Shown here: positions 41,293 through 49,522 of the stretch, piece after piece
How the letters are laid out: each line of letters opens with the position of its first letter
Position numbering within the stretch: the stretch's first letter is position 1
Source of the DNA: an uncultured delta proteobacterium
GTDB taxonomy: Bacteria > Myxococcota_A > Polyangia > Polyangiales > Houyiibacteriaceae
Length of the DNA: 64,000 bases
Direction: 5' to 3'
Assembly (NCBI GenBank): GCA_963699755.1
Contig: CAVOVB010000002.1
Span: forward strand, 800,001-864,000
Notes under the pieces: generated by a model
What the model was told of the DNA's origin: nothing
What the model saw: the letters and a program-made list of their open reading frames with translations, nothing else
Database searches by the model: none
Made by a program: the position numbers and the translations under genes

Positions 41293-42288
41293 CTACATTA
41301 CTAGCTCGTTTCGCTGAATCAGCGCGGCAATCTGTTGCGCTTCACCTTCCGTCAACTGCGGTTGCGGGCTACGAACGCGGTTACCGATCGGATGACCGAG
41401 CTGTCGCAGGGTTTCCTTGATCACTGCGACCCGGGATTGGGGCTTGCTCTTGAGGGCGATCGGCGAGTGGAACAACAGCTTAAACGCGGCTCGCTGAAGC
41501 GATACGGGCGGGCCTAGGTCATTCATGAGCGGAATAAGATTCAAAATCTTGTCCTGCAAGCCCTGGGCGCGACCGACATCCTGACTGAGACAGGCGTCGT
41601 AGGTTTCGACGATCAGTCTCGGAGCCACAGACGGAAGAATCGCCATGGCACCTGCGCCACCACGTTTCAGAGTATCCGAGATGGCGAAGCTATGACCCGC
41701 AAAAATCGACTTCCGGTGGCCAGTGCGGAGCGTGCCCGTGCAGTCGATGTGAGCGCCCATCGCCCTCATATTGACGATGCTGTCTTTCATGCCGACCATT
41801 CCCTCGATCGACAGCAGCTTTGCAATCTGCTGCGGAGAGAAGAAGAGACCCGTCGCCTGTGGAAAGTGATAGTAGAAAATCGGCTTGCATGACGCGTCAC
41901 AAAGCAGCGAGAAACAATCATATACCGCGTCGAATCCGACGGTAAAGTAGGTGGGCACGATCACAAGAAAGCCGTCGACGTCCCAACGGCCGACCTCCTC
42001 TATGAACTTCAGGGTTTCGAGCCTGCTACCAAACCCGGCCCCAACCACCAATGGAACGCGACCAGCCACTGCTTCGATGGCGTCCTTCGTAACCTTGGTC
42101 CTTTCTTCGTAGCTCAGGTACGCAAACTCGCTGCCGCTGCCTAGGATGACCACGCCGTGGCAACCGCTCTCGACGTAGTAGTTGAGGAGGTGCTTTAACC
42201 CGGCGCTATCGAGTTCCTCGTTGTCCTTGAGCGGCGTCGGGACAATCACGTAAATGCCACGGGGGGAGTCGCCGATTTCCGTTGCCAT
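41293..42288 (-). CDS. Dihydrodipicolinate synthase/N-acetylneuraminate lyase family
   Basis: PTPL, LGSGSEF, FYYHFPQATG, GMKDS (Schiff-base Lys). Confidence 0.88.
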   Translation of the reverse strand: MATEIGDSPRGIYVIVPTPLKDNEELDSAGLKHLLNYYVESGCHGVVILGSGSEFAYLSYEERTKVTKDAIEAVAGRVPLVVGAGFGSRLETLKFIEEVGRWDVDGFLVIVPTYFTVGFDAVYDCFSLLCDASCKPIFYYHFPQATGLFFSPQQIAKLLSIEGMVGMKDSIVNMRAMGAHIDCTGTLRTGHRKSIFAGHSFAISDTLKRGGAGAMAILPSVAPRLIVETYDACLSQDVGRAQGLQDKILNLIPLMNDLGPPVSLQRAAFKLLFHSPIALKSKPQSRVAVIKETLRQLGHPIGNRVRSPQPQLTEGEAQQIAALIQRNELVM

Positions 42289-42494
42289 GGAGCTCACAGG
42301 CGAATGGTAACCCCAAATGCGCTTCTTTGGATCTGAGAAGGTCGGACTGTGCTCGGTGGAGTTCTCGGGATAGAGCGGCGGGAATACCTCTTGCCCCTGC
42401 TCCTTTGTGTCGCGCGACTGTTCTCCGAAGCTCTGCTCGGCGCGGCCAGGGTTCTCCAAGGCGGGCGCTCCATTCCCCGCTTTGCGGTGAACGC

Positions 42495-42690
42495 GCCCGC
42501 GGTCTTGCTCGGCGCGAACGCCATGATCTTCGCCCACAATCATCCTTCTGGAGATCTTCAGCCGAGCCCCGAAGACAAGAAGCTGGCCGAGACGCTCTGC
42601 CAGGCCTGTACTCTGCTGGGCCTCCGACTTCTCGACAACCTCATCTGGACCGAGCTCGGAAGCACGAGCTACGGGCCGTACGCGCGATGA
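42495..42690 (+). pseudogene. 3' fragment of a second radC copy
   Basis: Nearly identical peptide to 41004-41199 (PAVLLGA...YGPYAR); no 5' half. Confidence 0.85.
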
Positions 42691-42825
42691 GGTGGATCCA
42701 GGGATGGGCCAACAGAAGCACCGTCAAGCCAAGCGAACAATTACGTATAGATTGGTTTGCCCTCGCGTGTTCTGGTGAGCGCAGACATCAGCGAAAACGA
42801 TCCCGCAATGAAGGAGGATGAAAGC

Positions 42826-43254
42826 ATGCCCAGAATAACCAAGAGCATCGATATTGGCGCACCTGTCGAGAAGGCATTCGCATACCTGGCGGACTCCCGA
42901 AACCTCCCCGAGTGGTTCGTAGGCGTCTCCGAAGTGACCGACGTAAGCGGCTCGGGCGTTGGCCAGCATAACCGCTGGACGTACACCATGATCGGGATTC
43001 CGTTCCGCGGAGAGAGCACGCTTACCGAGCACGTCCCAAACCAGCGTTTGGTCTTCGAGCAAAAGGGGGGAATGACCAGCACCATCACGTTCACCTTCGC
43101 ACCGCTCGAGAGCGGCACGAAGCTGGGCTTCGACGTCGACTACACCATCCCAGTTCCCGTCTTGGGGAAGCTGGCCGAGAAAGCCGTGTTCAAGCGAAAC
43201 CAAAGAGAGGCCGCTATGTCGATGGAGAACATCAAGGAACGATTGGAGGTCTAG
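42826..43254 (+). CDS. SRPBCC family protein, copy 2
   Basis: IDIGAPVEKAFAYL; shares YTIPVPVLGKLAE with copy 1; AAGGAGG RBS. Confidence 0.88.
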   Translation: MPRITKSIDIGAPVEKAFAYLADSRNLPEWFVGVSEVTDVSGSGVGQHNRWTYTMIGIPFRGESTLTEHVPNQRLVFEQKGGMTSTITFTFAPLESGTKLGFDVDYTIPVPVLGKLAEKAVFKRNQREAAMSMENIKERLEV

Positions 43255-43338
43255 GGCGCCGTCCAATTCCACGAGCGTTCCGGCCCCGATCCATCTGCAG
43301 CCTTGACCCGCGCCGTGCGGTGAAGGCACACCCCATGA

Positions 43339-43656
43339 ATGGCCGAGGCGACCCCTGCCGATTGGCGCGACACCTGCGAGCATTGCGGACGCGCATTTGA
43401 CGCGGGCGAGCCGCGGTGGCTCGAGCAGCGGCGCTACTTCGTTCACACCGAATGCGCGCGGTGGGAGCGATGGGAGACGCCGCCCTACCTCTGGAAGCTC
43501 AAGGAGCTGAGGAAGAGGTATCGCGTCGCGAGCTCCGAGGAGCGCGGGTCCATCGCACATGCAGGACGCGCGATTCGGGAGATGGAGCGGGCTTGGCCCG
43601 CGGATGCCCCCGCGTACGTGAGCCGGGTCCTGGCCGCGGTGCGTCGCGTGGGTTGA
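43339..43656 (+). CDS. Hypothetical protein with CxxC...HxxC
   Basis: CEHC...VHTEC. Confidence 0.6.
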   Translation: MAEATPADWRDTCEHCGRAFDAGEPRWLEQRRYFVHTECARWERWETPPYLWKLKELRKRYRVASSEERGSIAHAGRAIREMERAWPADAPAYVSRVLAAVRRVG

Positions 43657-43782
43657 CCCAGCCAGGTGCTGAAGCCGACCTCGTCGCGCCCTTCTCAATG
43701 CTCCCCCCGGTCCCTGGTCAACCGCGTTGCCCCTGCTGCTTCGGCATGTCCGCGAGGGTGTGCTCGGCGCGCCCTGGGTTCT

Positions 43783-43836
43783 CCGTGGGCCGAGGAGACA
43801 GCTCTCCTGCTTCGGTGAGAGAGCTGCCATCCACGG
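43783..43836 (+). promoter_or_regulatory. Two-stem leader hairpin, copy 3
   Basis: CCGTGG/CCACGG and CAGCTCTC/GAGAGCTG stems, TTCG in the loop. Confidence 0.7.
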
Positions 43837-43858
43837 CACACCAACAAAGGAGAACACC

Positions 43859-44050
43859 ATGAGCACCAAGAAGCACAGCATCTACGTCATCCAGGAAGGC
43901 ACCCAGGGCAAGAGCTACTGGAACCGAGCCGGAGTTGCGTTTTTGAACAAGGACGGGAGCTTCACGTTGAAGCTCGACATCCTCCCTCAGACGAAGTTCC
44001 AGCTCCGCGAGGAACAGCCCGTCACCGAGGAGCATGTAACGGCCGAGTAG
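43859..44050 (+). CDS. Small DUF736-like (putative nucleic-acid-binding) protein, copy 1
   Basis: MSTKKH.IYVI...KSYWNRAGVAF.NKDGSFT.KLDI.P; AAAGGAGA RBS; four copies in the window; family assignment tentative. Confidence 0.8.
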   Translation: MSTKKHSIYVIQEGTQGKSYWNRAGVAFLNKDGSFTLKLDILPQTKFQLREEQPVTEEHVTAE

Positions 44051-44064
44051 CGGCCGGCCCACGG

Positions 44065-44089
44065 CAACCAGGGCGCCCTGCCCCGGTTG
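44065..44089 (+). repeat. CAACCAGGGC hairpin, copy 1 of 6
   Basis: CAACCAGGGC-GCCCT-GCCC(C/T)GGTTG; also at 48090, 51319, 54301, 55774, 58697. Confidence 0.85.
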
Positions 44090-44223
44090 TCGCTCGCACG
44101 CACAGAAAACGCAGAAGCTGCGCCCAGAATCGCCCTGCAGGAAAGAATTACGTATAGCGCGGCGCAATCCGGCGACCCCATGTTGCCTATGACCCCTCTG
44201 TGCGGGTCGGCCGGGGGTTTCTC

Positions 44224-44700
44224 ATGCGGTACTTGATTGGCTTTGTGTTGGCGCTGGCGTCGGTGGCTTCGCCTCTGAGCGTCGGCGCACAAGCCGGTGA
44301 GGAAGCGGTACCGAAGGTTGCCTTGGCTATCCATACGCAGCATCGTCTGCCGCCGCAACTGATGTTGCGGGCGAGCTATTACCTATACCTCGATGCCGAT
44401 GAGAAAGGCCGTTCACGGGTTGAGCAGTGGCACCCTGAAGCTTTCGTTGACCCTTCCGAGCCCGAGCCGACGAGCACGCCAGAGGAACAAGACGGGTTCA
44501 GTCATCCTGTCTACGTTGACCCCGTTTCGGGCGCGCCCTTGGCCGTCCCCGAAGACCCGCAAGTGCCGACCGCGCCACTGAAGGAAGAACAAGAGCGTAA
44601 GAGGAGGCGGCGAATTGGCATCGGGGTTGGCGTCTCCGTTGCTGTCGTTGTTATTCTGGCTGTGGTCGGGGGCGTGGCGGCGGGGCTTCGTGACTTGTGA
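44224..44700 (+). CDS. MRYL-leader exported protein with C-terminal TM anchor
   Basis: MRYLIGFVLALASVASPLSVGAQ; WHPEAFVDP; RRRRIGIGVGVS. Confidence 0.8.
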   Translation: MRYLIGFVLALASVASPLSVGAQAGEEAVPKVALAIHTQHRLPPQLMLRASYYLYLDADEKGRSRVEQWHPEAFVDPSEPEPTSTPEEQDGFSHPVYVDPVSGAPLAVPEDPQVPTAPLKEEQERKRRRRIGIGVGVSVAVVVILAVVGGVAAGLRDL

Positions 44701-44758
44701 GCCACGCCGCGAGGCGGGCGGCACCATGTGCAACGTCGGCGCGTTTGGGACGTAGCAG

Positions 44759-44907
44759 CGCACCCGCTGCGCCCCCACGCCCCAAACGCAAAAGGTGCAC
44801 GCCGTAACCTGAGATTCCCGAACGAAACGGGGCTTCCACCTGGCACGCCTGATGCACCTACGTAGCCGCACTTAGGGGCGCATAACGCCGCAACCGGGGA
44901 GGTTGTT
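44759..44907 (+). repeat. Cassette upstream repeat (box B + sigma54 promoter + RBS), copy 1
   Basis: CGCACCCGCTGCGCCCCCACGCCCAAACGCAAA...TGGCACGCCTGATGCA (44841-44856)...ACTTAG...GGGAGGT. Confidence 0.85.
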
Positions 44908-45342
44908 ATGAAGCTGAAAAGGCTACTTTGGATCGGAGCTGCGCTTGTGACGGTTCCGTTCGCGAGTGGCTGCGGGTACGGGTGTACTGATAGGGGCTGC
45001 TTTGCCGGAATAGAGGTTGCCCTCGTGCCGAGTGTCAGCTCCACATACGACGTCGAGCTTGTTCTGGATGGCGTCGTTGATGCGTTCACATGCATCAAGA
45101 CCGAAGACGGTTGGTCGGTCGGCGACTCGACTGAGGGTGTGCTGTGGTTTGGGTGCGACGGCTCCGGGTTTCACGTACACGCAACTCCCGAAACGTTGGG
45201 GATTTCGGTCGCTGCCCAAGATGGAAGCTGGACGGGGTCCATAAGCGAGAGCCCGGACTACCGGTTTTATCAACCCAACGGAGCTAAGTGCGACGGAGCG
45301 TACGGCTGCGACCAAGCAGAGCTGACCGTACCGAAGGGATGA
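44908..45342 (+). CDS. Hypothetical lipoprotein
   Basis: Lipobox ASGC; YQPNGAKC motif; GGAGG RBS. Confidence 0.8.
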   Translation: MKLKRLLWIGAALVTVPFASGCGYGCTDRGCFAGIEVALVPSVSSTYDVELVLDGVVDAFTCIKTEDGWSVGDSTEGVLWFGCDGSGFHVHATPETLGISVAAQDGSWTGSISESPDYRFYQPNGAKCDGAYGCDQAELTVPKG

Positions 45343-45353
45343 AACTTCAACGA

Positions 45354-45502
45354 CGCACCCGCTGCGCCCCCACGCCCCAAACGCAAACGCTGCGTGTCAC
45401 GCCAAAGGAATCACCAGCAAAAACCGACCCCTCACCGTGGCACGCCTGATGCAGCCTCATCGACCGACTTAGTTGCGCTCTGCGCCTGAACGGGAGGTCG
45501 TC
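45354..45502 (+). repeat. Cassette upstream repeat, copy 2
   Basis: Same box B and TGGCACGCCTGATGCA (45438-45453). Confidence 0.85.
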
Positions 45503-45985
45503 ATGCGGTATTTAGCTGGCTTTGTGTTGGTGGCGGCGTTGGTGGCTTCGCCGCTGAGCGTGGGCGCGCAAGGCGGTCAGGAAGCGCCCGCAGTGGAGCT
45601 TCAAGTGGACGAGGCTGGGGTAGAAGTTGTGCCGAGCCGGCCAGGGACAATTGACGGATACACGCTTGAGGAGATGCAGCTTCGTGTGAAGCGAGCGAAA
45701 ATCGGGCTCTGGAGCACGGCGGGCGCGACCGTCGTAGGGGGCGTGATCATTGGCGCCTGGTGGAATTGCGAGCATCGCGATGAACCGGCGGACGATGCCT
45801 TCTTTGCTTGCCCGGGAGCACTCTTTTCGGGCGTTGCCGTAGGTTTCTCAGGAGCCGTGGGGATGATCGTCACGGGTGCTTTGTTGGGCGCTCGCAAGCG
45901 AAAGCTGCGCGAACTGCAGGAAGCGCACTACGGAACACCGCGCAGAGTCCAATGGGACCTGGCACGGTCGCGGCTCGTGTTCTGA
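45503..45985 (+). CDS. MRYL-leader membrane protein
   Basis: MRYLAGFVLVAALVASPLSVGAQ; two TM segments; ends VQWDLARSRLVF. Confidence 0.8.
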   Translation: MRYLAGFVLVAALVASPLSVGAQGGQEAPAVELQVDEAGVEVVPSRPGTIDGYTLEEMQLRVKRAKIGLWSTAGATVVGGVIIGAWWNCEHRDEPADDAFFACPGALFSGVAVGFSGAVGMIVTGALLGARKRKLRELQEAHYGTPRRVQWDLARSRLVF

Positions 45986-45998
45986 GGGGAGGTTCACC

Positions 45999-46562
45999 AT
46001 GCGGTATTTAGTTGGCTTTGGAGCCCTTCTAGTTGCGTTGGGGACATGGGGAGTAGCGGGGTGCGGGGAGTCGCTTATTCCGTGTGATGATTTGGGAGCC
46101 GGCTGCGCCCTGAGCGATGGCAGCGTGGGCGTGTGCACGCATGAAGGCTGCAGAAAGGAGTCGGGGCCAATCTCGTGCAAACACGGTTACGCCAATCTAT
46201 ACGACTGGGAAGACGGAACTCTCTGCCGGTCATCGGATCTGCGAGAGGGCACGTGTCTCGACGGCGTGTGCGGAGGCGAACACTTCTGCGAAGGCGTCGT
46301 GTGCGACGAACCAGACAACCTCTGCGAAAGCGATCAATTCTGCAACTGGGAGGGGGTCTGCGAGTTCCGGCAAGTTACGAAATGCAACGATCGGAGCGAT
46401 TGCACGTCCGACAAGTGCGATTCTGACGTAGGGTGCGTCTACATCAATCGCCCTAACGGCGCTGAGTGCGTCTTGCCGGGTGCAGACTGGTTCTGCTGCG
46501 GGCTCGGATTAGCTTGTTGCGACTATGGAACTTGCAGGGACGGCGTCTGCATTGATGAGTGA
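45999..46562 (+). CDS. MRYL-leader Cys-rich lipoprotein
   Basis: MRYLVGF...VAGC; CNDRSDCTSDKC-type repeats; GGAGG RBS. Confidence 0.8.
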   Translation: MRYLVGFGALLVALGTWGVAGCGESLIPCDDLGAGCALSDGSVGVCTHEGCRKESGPISCKHGYANLYDWEDGTLCRSSDLREGTCLDGVCGGEHFCEGVVCDEPDNLCESDQFCNWEGVCEFRQVTKCNDRSDCTSDKCDSDVGCVYINRPNGAECVLPGADWFCCGLGLACCDYGTCRDGVCIDE

Positions 46563-46593
46563 CGCCGGTGCGTTTGAGGTGCAGCCGTAGCCA

Positions 46594-46737
46594 CGCACCC
46601 GCTGCGCCCCCGCGCCCCAAACGCAAAGCCTGCGCGCATCGGTAGCGGATTCCACTGCAAAAGCTGGGCTCCCACCTGGCACGCCTGATGCAGTTACATA
46701 GCCGCACTTAGGGTCACGCTGCACCGGGGAGGTCGTC
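46594..46737 (+). repeat. Cassette upstream repeat, copy 3
   Basis: Same box B and TGGCACGCCTGATGCA (46677-46692). Confidence 0.85.
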
Positions 46738-47424
46738 GTGCGGTACCTATTCGGATTCCTGTGCATTTGGGCGTTGGGAGCGGTTGCGCTGGTCGGGTGC
46801 AGCGAGGAAACGCCCCTGCCATTGGAATGCGTGCAGGACGAGGATTGCGATGACGCCAACGAATGCACGGATGATAGCTGCGTAGAGAAGCGGAGATGGT
46901 TCGAAGGGAAGTACTACGGTAGGTGCGAAAACTCTGCGGTTGAATACGGAGAATGTGACTTCGACGGTCTCGACGATGCCCTCGGTGGTCTAGACGGCAT
47001 TTGTGTCGCAGGGGTCTGCGAGAAGAACCCGTGCGATGATGGCAACGAGTGCACCCACGACCTATACGATTTCGAAGGTTCGTGCGACCATATCGGATGT
47101 GGCGGGTGCCAACCCTGCGACCGTAATGGGGAGCCTGGCATCTGCGATGGTGACGTTTGCGCAGAGTATCCCTGCAATGACGGCGTCATTTGCGAAGATG
47201 GTGACCTATGCACCTACGATTTTTGCGATTACACAGACGGAATGTGCGACTTCAATCCGGTGTGTCTCAGCGGTCAATGCAGAGTTGCCTCGTGCGATCC
47301 AACCGATGGGTCATGTACCTTCACTCCGGCGCCAGACGGAACGCCGTGCTCCTGCGGGGGCGTGATCTGCATTTGCCCCGGCACTTACGTCTGCAGCAGC
47401 GGCGCTTGCGTATGCCAGCTCTAA
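46738..47424 (+). CDS. MRYL-leader Cys-rich lipoprotein with CDDGNECT repeats
   Basis: (V)RYLFGFLCIWALGAVALVGC; CDDANECTDD, CDDGNECTHD, CEDGDLCTYD. Confidence 0.82.
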   Translation: MRYLFGFLCIWALGAVALVGCSEETPLPLECVQDEDCDDANECTDDSCVEKRRWFEGKYYGRCENSAVEYGECDFDGLDDALGGLDGICVAGVCEKNPCDDGNECTHDLYDFEGSCDHIGCGGCQPCDRNGEPGICDGDVCAEYPCNDGVICEDGDLCTYDFCDYTDGMCDFNPVCLSGQCRVASCDPTDGSCTFTPAPDGTPCSCGGVICICPGTYVCSSGACVCQL

Positions 47425-47807
47425 AGGGAGGCACGCGACGTGGGTGCGTTTGAGGCGCAGCCGTAGCTCTCGAATAGCGGCGCTTGCTCGGGGTTGAGCG
47501 GCCTCATCTCCGCCTCGCATGTACATCAATCGCGGTTGCGGCGCCGCCGCCGGCAGAGTCCGATCGGCCGAGCGCGTGACATCGCTGTGAAGCGACCGTC
47601 CGTGTCGGCGACCCCTCTCTGGTCCAGCCTGCCGATGTGTCCCTCGGGCTCTGCCATGCCTCCAAAGGTCTACTCCGTGCGCCCTGCGTTCTCCCAAGCC
47701 GTGCGCTCCCTTCCCCGCTCTCACGCCCTACACTCTCGCAACCGAGTGCCAGCGGAGCTGTCACAGCGTTTGCCAAGGTTCCAGTTGCTTCGCGGTGAGC
47801 GCGCCGG

Positions 47808-47862
47808 CCGTGGGCCGAGGAGACAGCTCTCCTGCTTCGAGTGAGAGAGCTGCCATCCACGG
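47808..47862 (+). promoter_or_regulatory. Two-stem leader hairpin, copy 4
   Basis: Near-identical to 43783-43836. Confidence 0.7.
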
Positions 47863-47884
47863 CACACAAGAAAAGGAGAACACC

Positions 47885-48076
47885 ATGAGCACCAAGAAGC
47901 ACACCATCTACGTCATCCAGGAAGGCAACCAGGGCAAGAGCTACTGGAACCGCGCGGGGGTTGCGTTCTTGAACAAGGACGGGAGCTTCACGTTCAAGCT
48001 CGACATCCTTCCTCAGACGAAGTTCCAGCTTCGCGAGGAACAGCCGCTCGCCAAGGAGAAAGCCGCCGCCGAGTAG
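47885..48076 (+). CDS. Small DUF736-like protein, copy 2
   Basis: MSTKKHTIYVIQEGNQGKSYWNRAGVAFLNKDGSF. Confidence 0.8.
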   Translation: MSTKKHTIYVIQEGNQGKSYWNRAGVAFLNKDGSFTFKLDILPQTKFQLREEQPLAKEKAAAE

Positions 48077-48176
48077 CGGCAGCCCGCGGCAACCAGGGCG
48101 CCCTGCCCTGGTTGCCGCGGGGCCTCCATGAACTTAGGCCTTCACCTGCGATCCTCCGTTTGATACGATCGTTCCG

Positions 48177-48392
48177 ATGCATTTCCTGGAGTGGGTCGAA
48201 GAAGCGGAGTCGCTGCTCAGGCGCGATGGCGTCTGGCCCGATCAAGACGACGTCCGCGCTCGCGGTGTGCTTGAGGAAGCTGCCCTCCGAGGCCCCGAGC
48301 CCCTCGTCCACGCCGTCCGCGCGCTACGGCGGGACCAAGAGCTTTGCGAGACGGAGCTCCGCACCCGCCAGCGATCCTCGGCTCCTTCTTGA
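48177..48392 (+). CDS. Leaderless 'WVEEAES' small protein, copy 1
   Basis: Paralog of 54391 and 55868; TGATACGAT 7 nt before ATG. Confidence 0.7.
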   Translation: MHFLEWVEEAESLLRRDGVWPDQDDVRARGVLEEAALRGPEPLVHAVRALRRDQELCETELRTRQRSSAPS

Positions 48393-48412
48393 AAGGCCCT
48401 GAGCACTAGGAC

Positions 48413-48440
48413 TTGACATCACGCATTTTCACCCTATTCT
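48413..48440 (+). promoter_or_regulatory. sigma70 promoter of TA operon 2
   Basis: TTGACA-16 bp-TATTCT in an AT-rich patch. Confidence 0.6.
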
Positions 48441-48463
48441 GAGTGATAGATAATGTGATTTTG

Positions 48464-48814
48464 ATGCAATTCCGCGCCTTCATCGACGACAACCACTTCT
48501 CTCCTTCGAAGATTGCCGAGGCCCTGAGAACGACGAAAGGCGAGATCTCGGAAACCCTCGGACTCGCCTCGGATGCGTTGACGCGGCGGCAGCGGATGGA
48601 GGCTGTGAAGACGCAGACCCGGCTTCGAGAGATGCTCGAGATCCTGAACCGCGTCGAGTCCGTGACCGGATCGCTCCTCGGAGCTTACGCGTGGTTTCGC
48701 TCGGAGCCGCTCCCTGGGTTCGGGGGGCAGACGCCCGATCAACTGGTTCGTGCGGGCAAGGCCAGCCAAGTGCACGCCTATCTCGATCGGGTGATGGCGG
48801 GTGGCTACGCATAG
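48464..48814 (+). CDS. Xre/MbcA/ParS-type antitoxin
   Basis: QTRLREMLEILNRV...AYAWFRSEPLPGFGGQTPDQLV. Confidence 0.88.
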   Translation: MQFRAFIDDNHFSPSKIAEALRTTKGEISETLGLASDALTRRQRMEAVKTQTRLREMLEILNRVESVTGSLLGAYAWFRSEPLPGFGGQTPDQLVRAGKASQVHAYLDRVMAGGYA

Positions 48815-49343
48815 CTGGGGAATCCGGTTTCAGGGATCGGTCTACCGCGCACACAATCCCGAATGGGCGTGGGATCCACTGTCAGGTGCGGGCGCCAAGC
48901 TCCACGGGGGTCGCTTCAACCGTCGAGGGCGTGCTGCGCTCTACACATCACTCGACGTGCTGGTCGCCGTGCGGGAGGTGAGCCCCCTCGGTGCGCCCTT
49001 TCATCCTCTGACCTTGTGCCAGTATCGGGTCGAGTGCGAAAACGTCTTCGATACCCGAGACCCCAAAGCAATGAAACGCGAGAAGGTTTCCGAGGATCAG
49101 CTCGAGTGTCCGTTCTGGAATCAGGAGATGCTCGAAGGGCAGGTCCCGGCATCGCATCGACTCGCCGAACGCCTCATCGAAAGAGGCTATGCCGCCATGA
49201 TCGTCCGTAGCTTTGCGGACGGCGTCGGTCCTGAGGATATGAATCTGGTTCTCTGGAAGTGGACGAAGCGGCGGCCCCACAGGATCATCCTCTTCGATCC
49301 CGATCGTAGGCTTCCGAAGGATGGCTCCTCGTGGAGGAAGTAG
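48801..49343 (+). CDS. RES-domain toxin
   Basis: YRAHNP.W...SGAGA..HGGRFN....ALYTS...REV...VRSFA...NLVLW. Confidence 0.88.
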   Translation: MATHSWGIRFQGSVYRAHNPEWAWDPLSGAGAKLHGGRFNRRGRAALYTSLDVLVAVREVSPLGAPFHPLTLCQYRVECENVFDTRDPKAMKREKVSEDQLECPFWNQEMLEGQVPASHRLAERLIERGYAAMIVRSFADGVGPEDMNLVLWKWTKRRPHRIILFDPDRRLPKDGSSWRK

Positions 49344-49522
49344 GGGTTATTGGCGGGCTTGTCTGGCACTTGGAAGACGACTGCGGCCGCGGTCGTGGCG
49401 GAGAAGCGTCGGGGCCCGCGGGAATGCCCCTCTTGCAGAGCTCGATTTGGATAGGGCTAGGCATCGCCTCCAGTTCGGGGGGGACGAAGCCGATCTTTCG
49501 TTCTACTCTCCGCGGGGAGCTC

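Noticed and set aside
41004..42690. Diversity-generating retroelement TR/VR pair (radC repeats or DUF736-like repeats)
   Set aside because: Differences are mostly synonymous third-position changes not confined to adenines, and no reverse transcriptase is present.
42724..43881. 385-aa minus-strand ORF and 37480-38342 ORFs as real genes
   Set aside because: Low-complexity Arg/Pro/Ala translations with no motifs, overlapping better-supported genes or regulatory repeats.
43783..48121. Classical integron/attC cassette array
   Set aside because: No IntI-like tyrosine recombinase in the window, the hairpins lack the RYYYAAC...GTTRRRY arrangement, and cassettes carry their own promoters.
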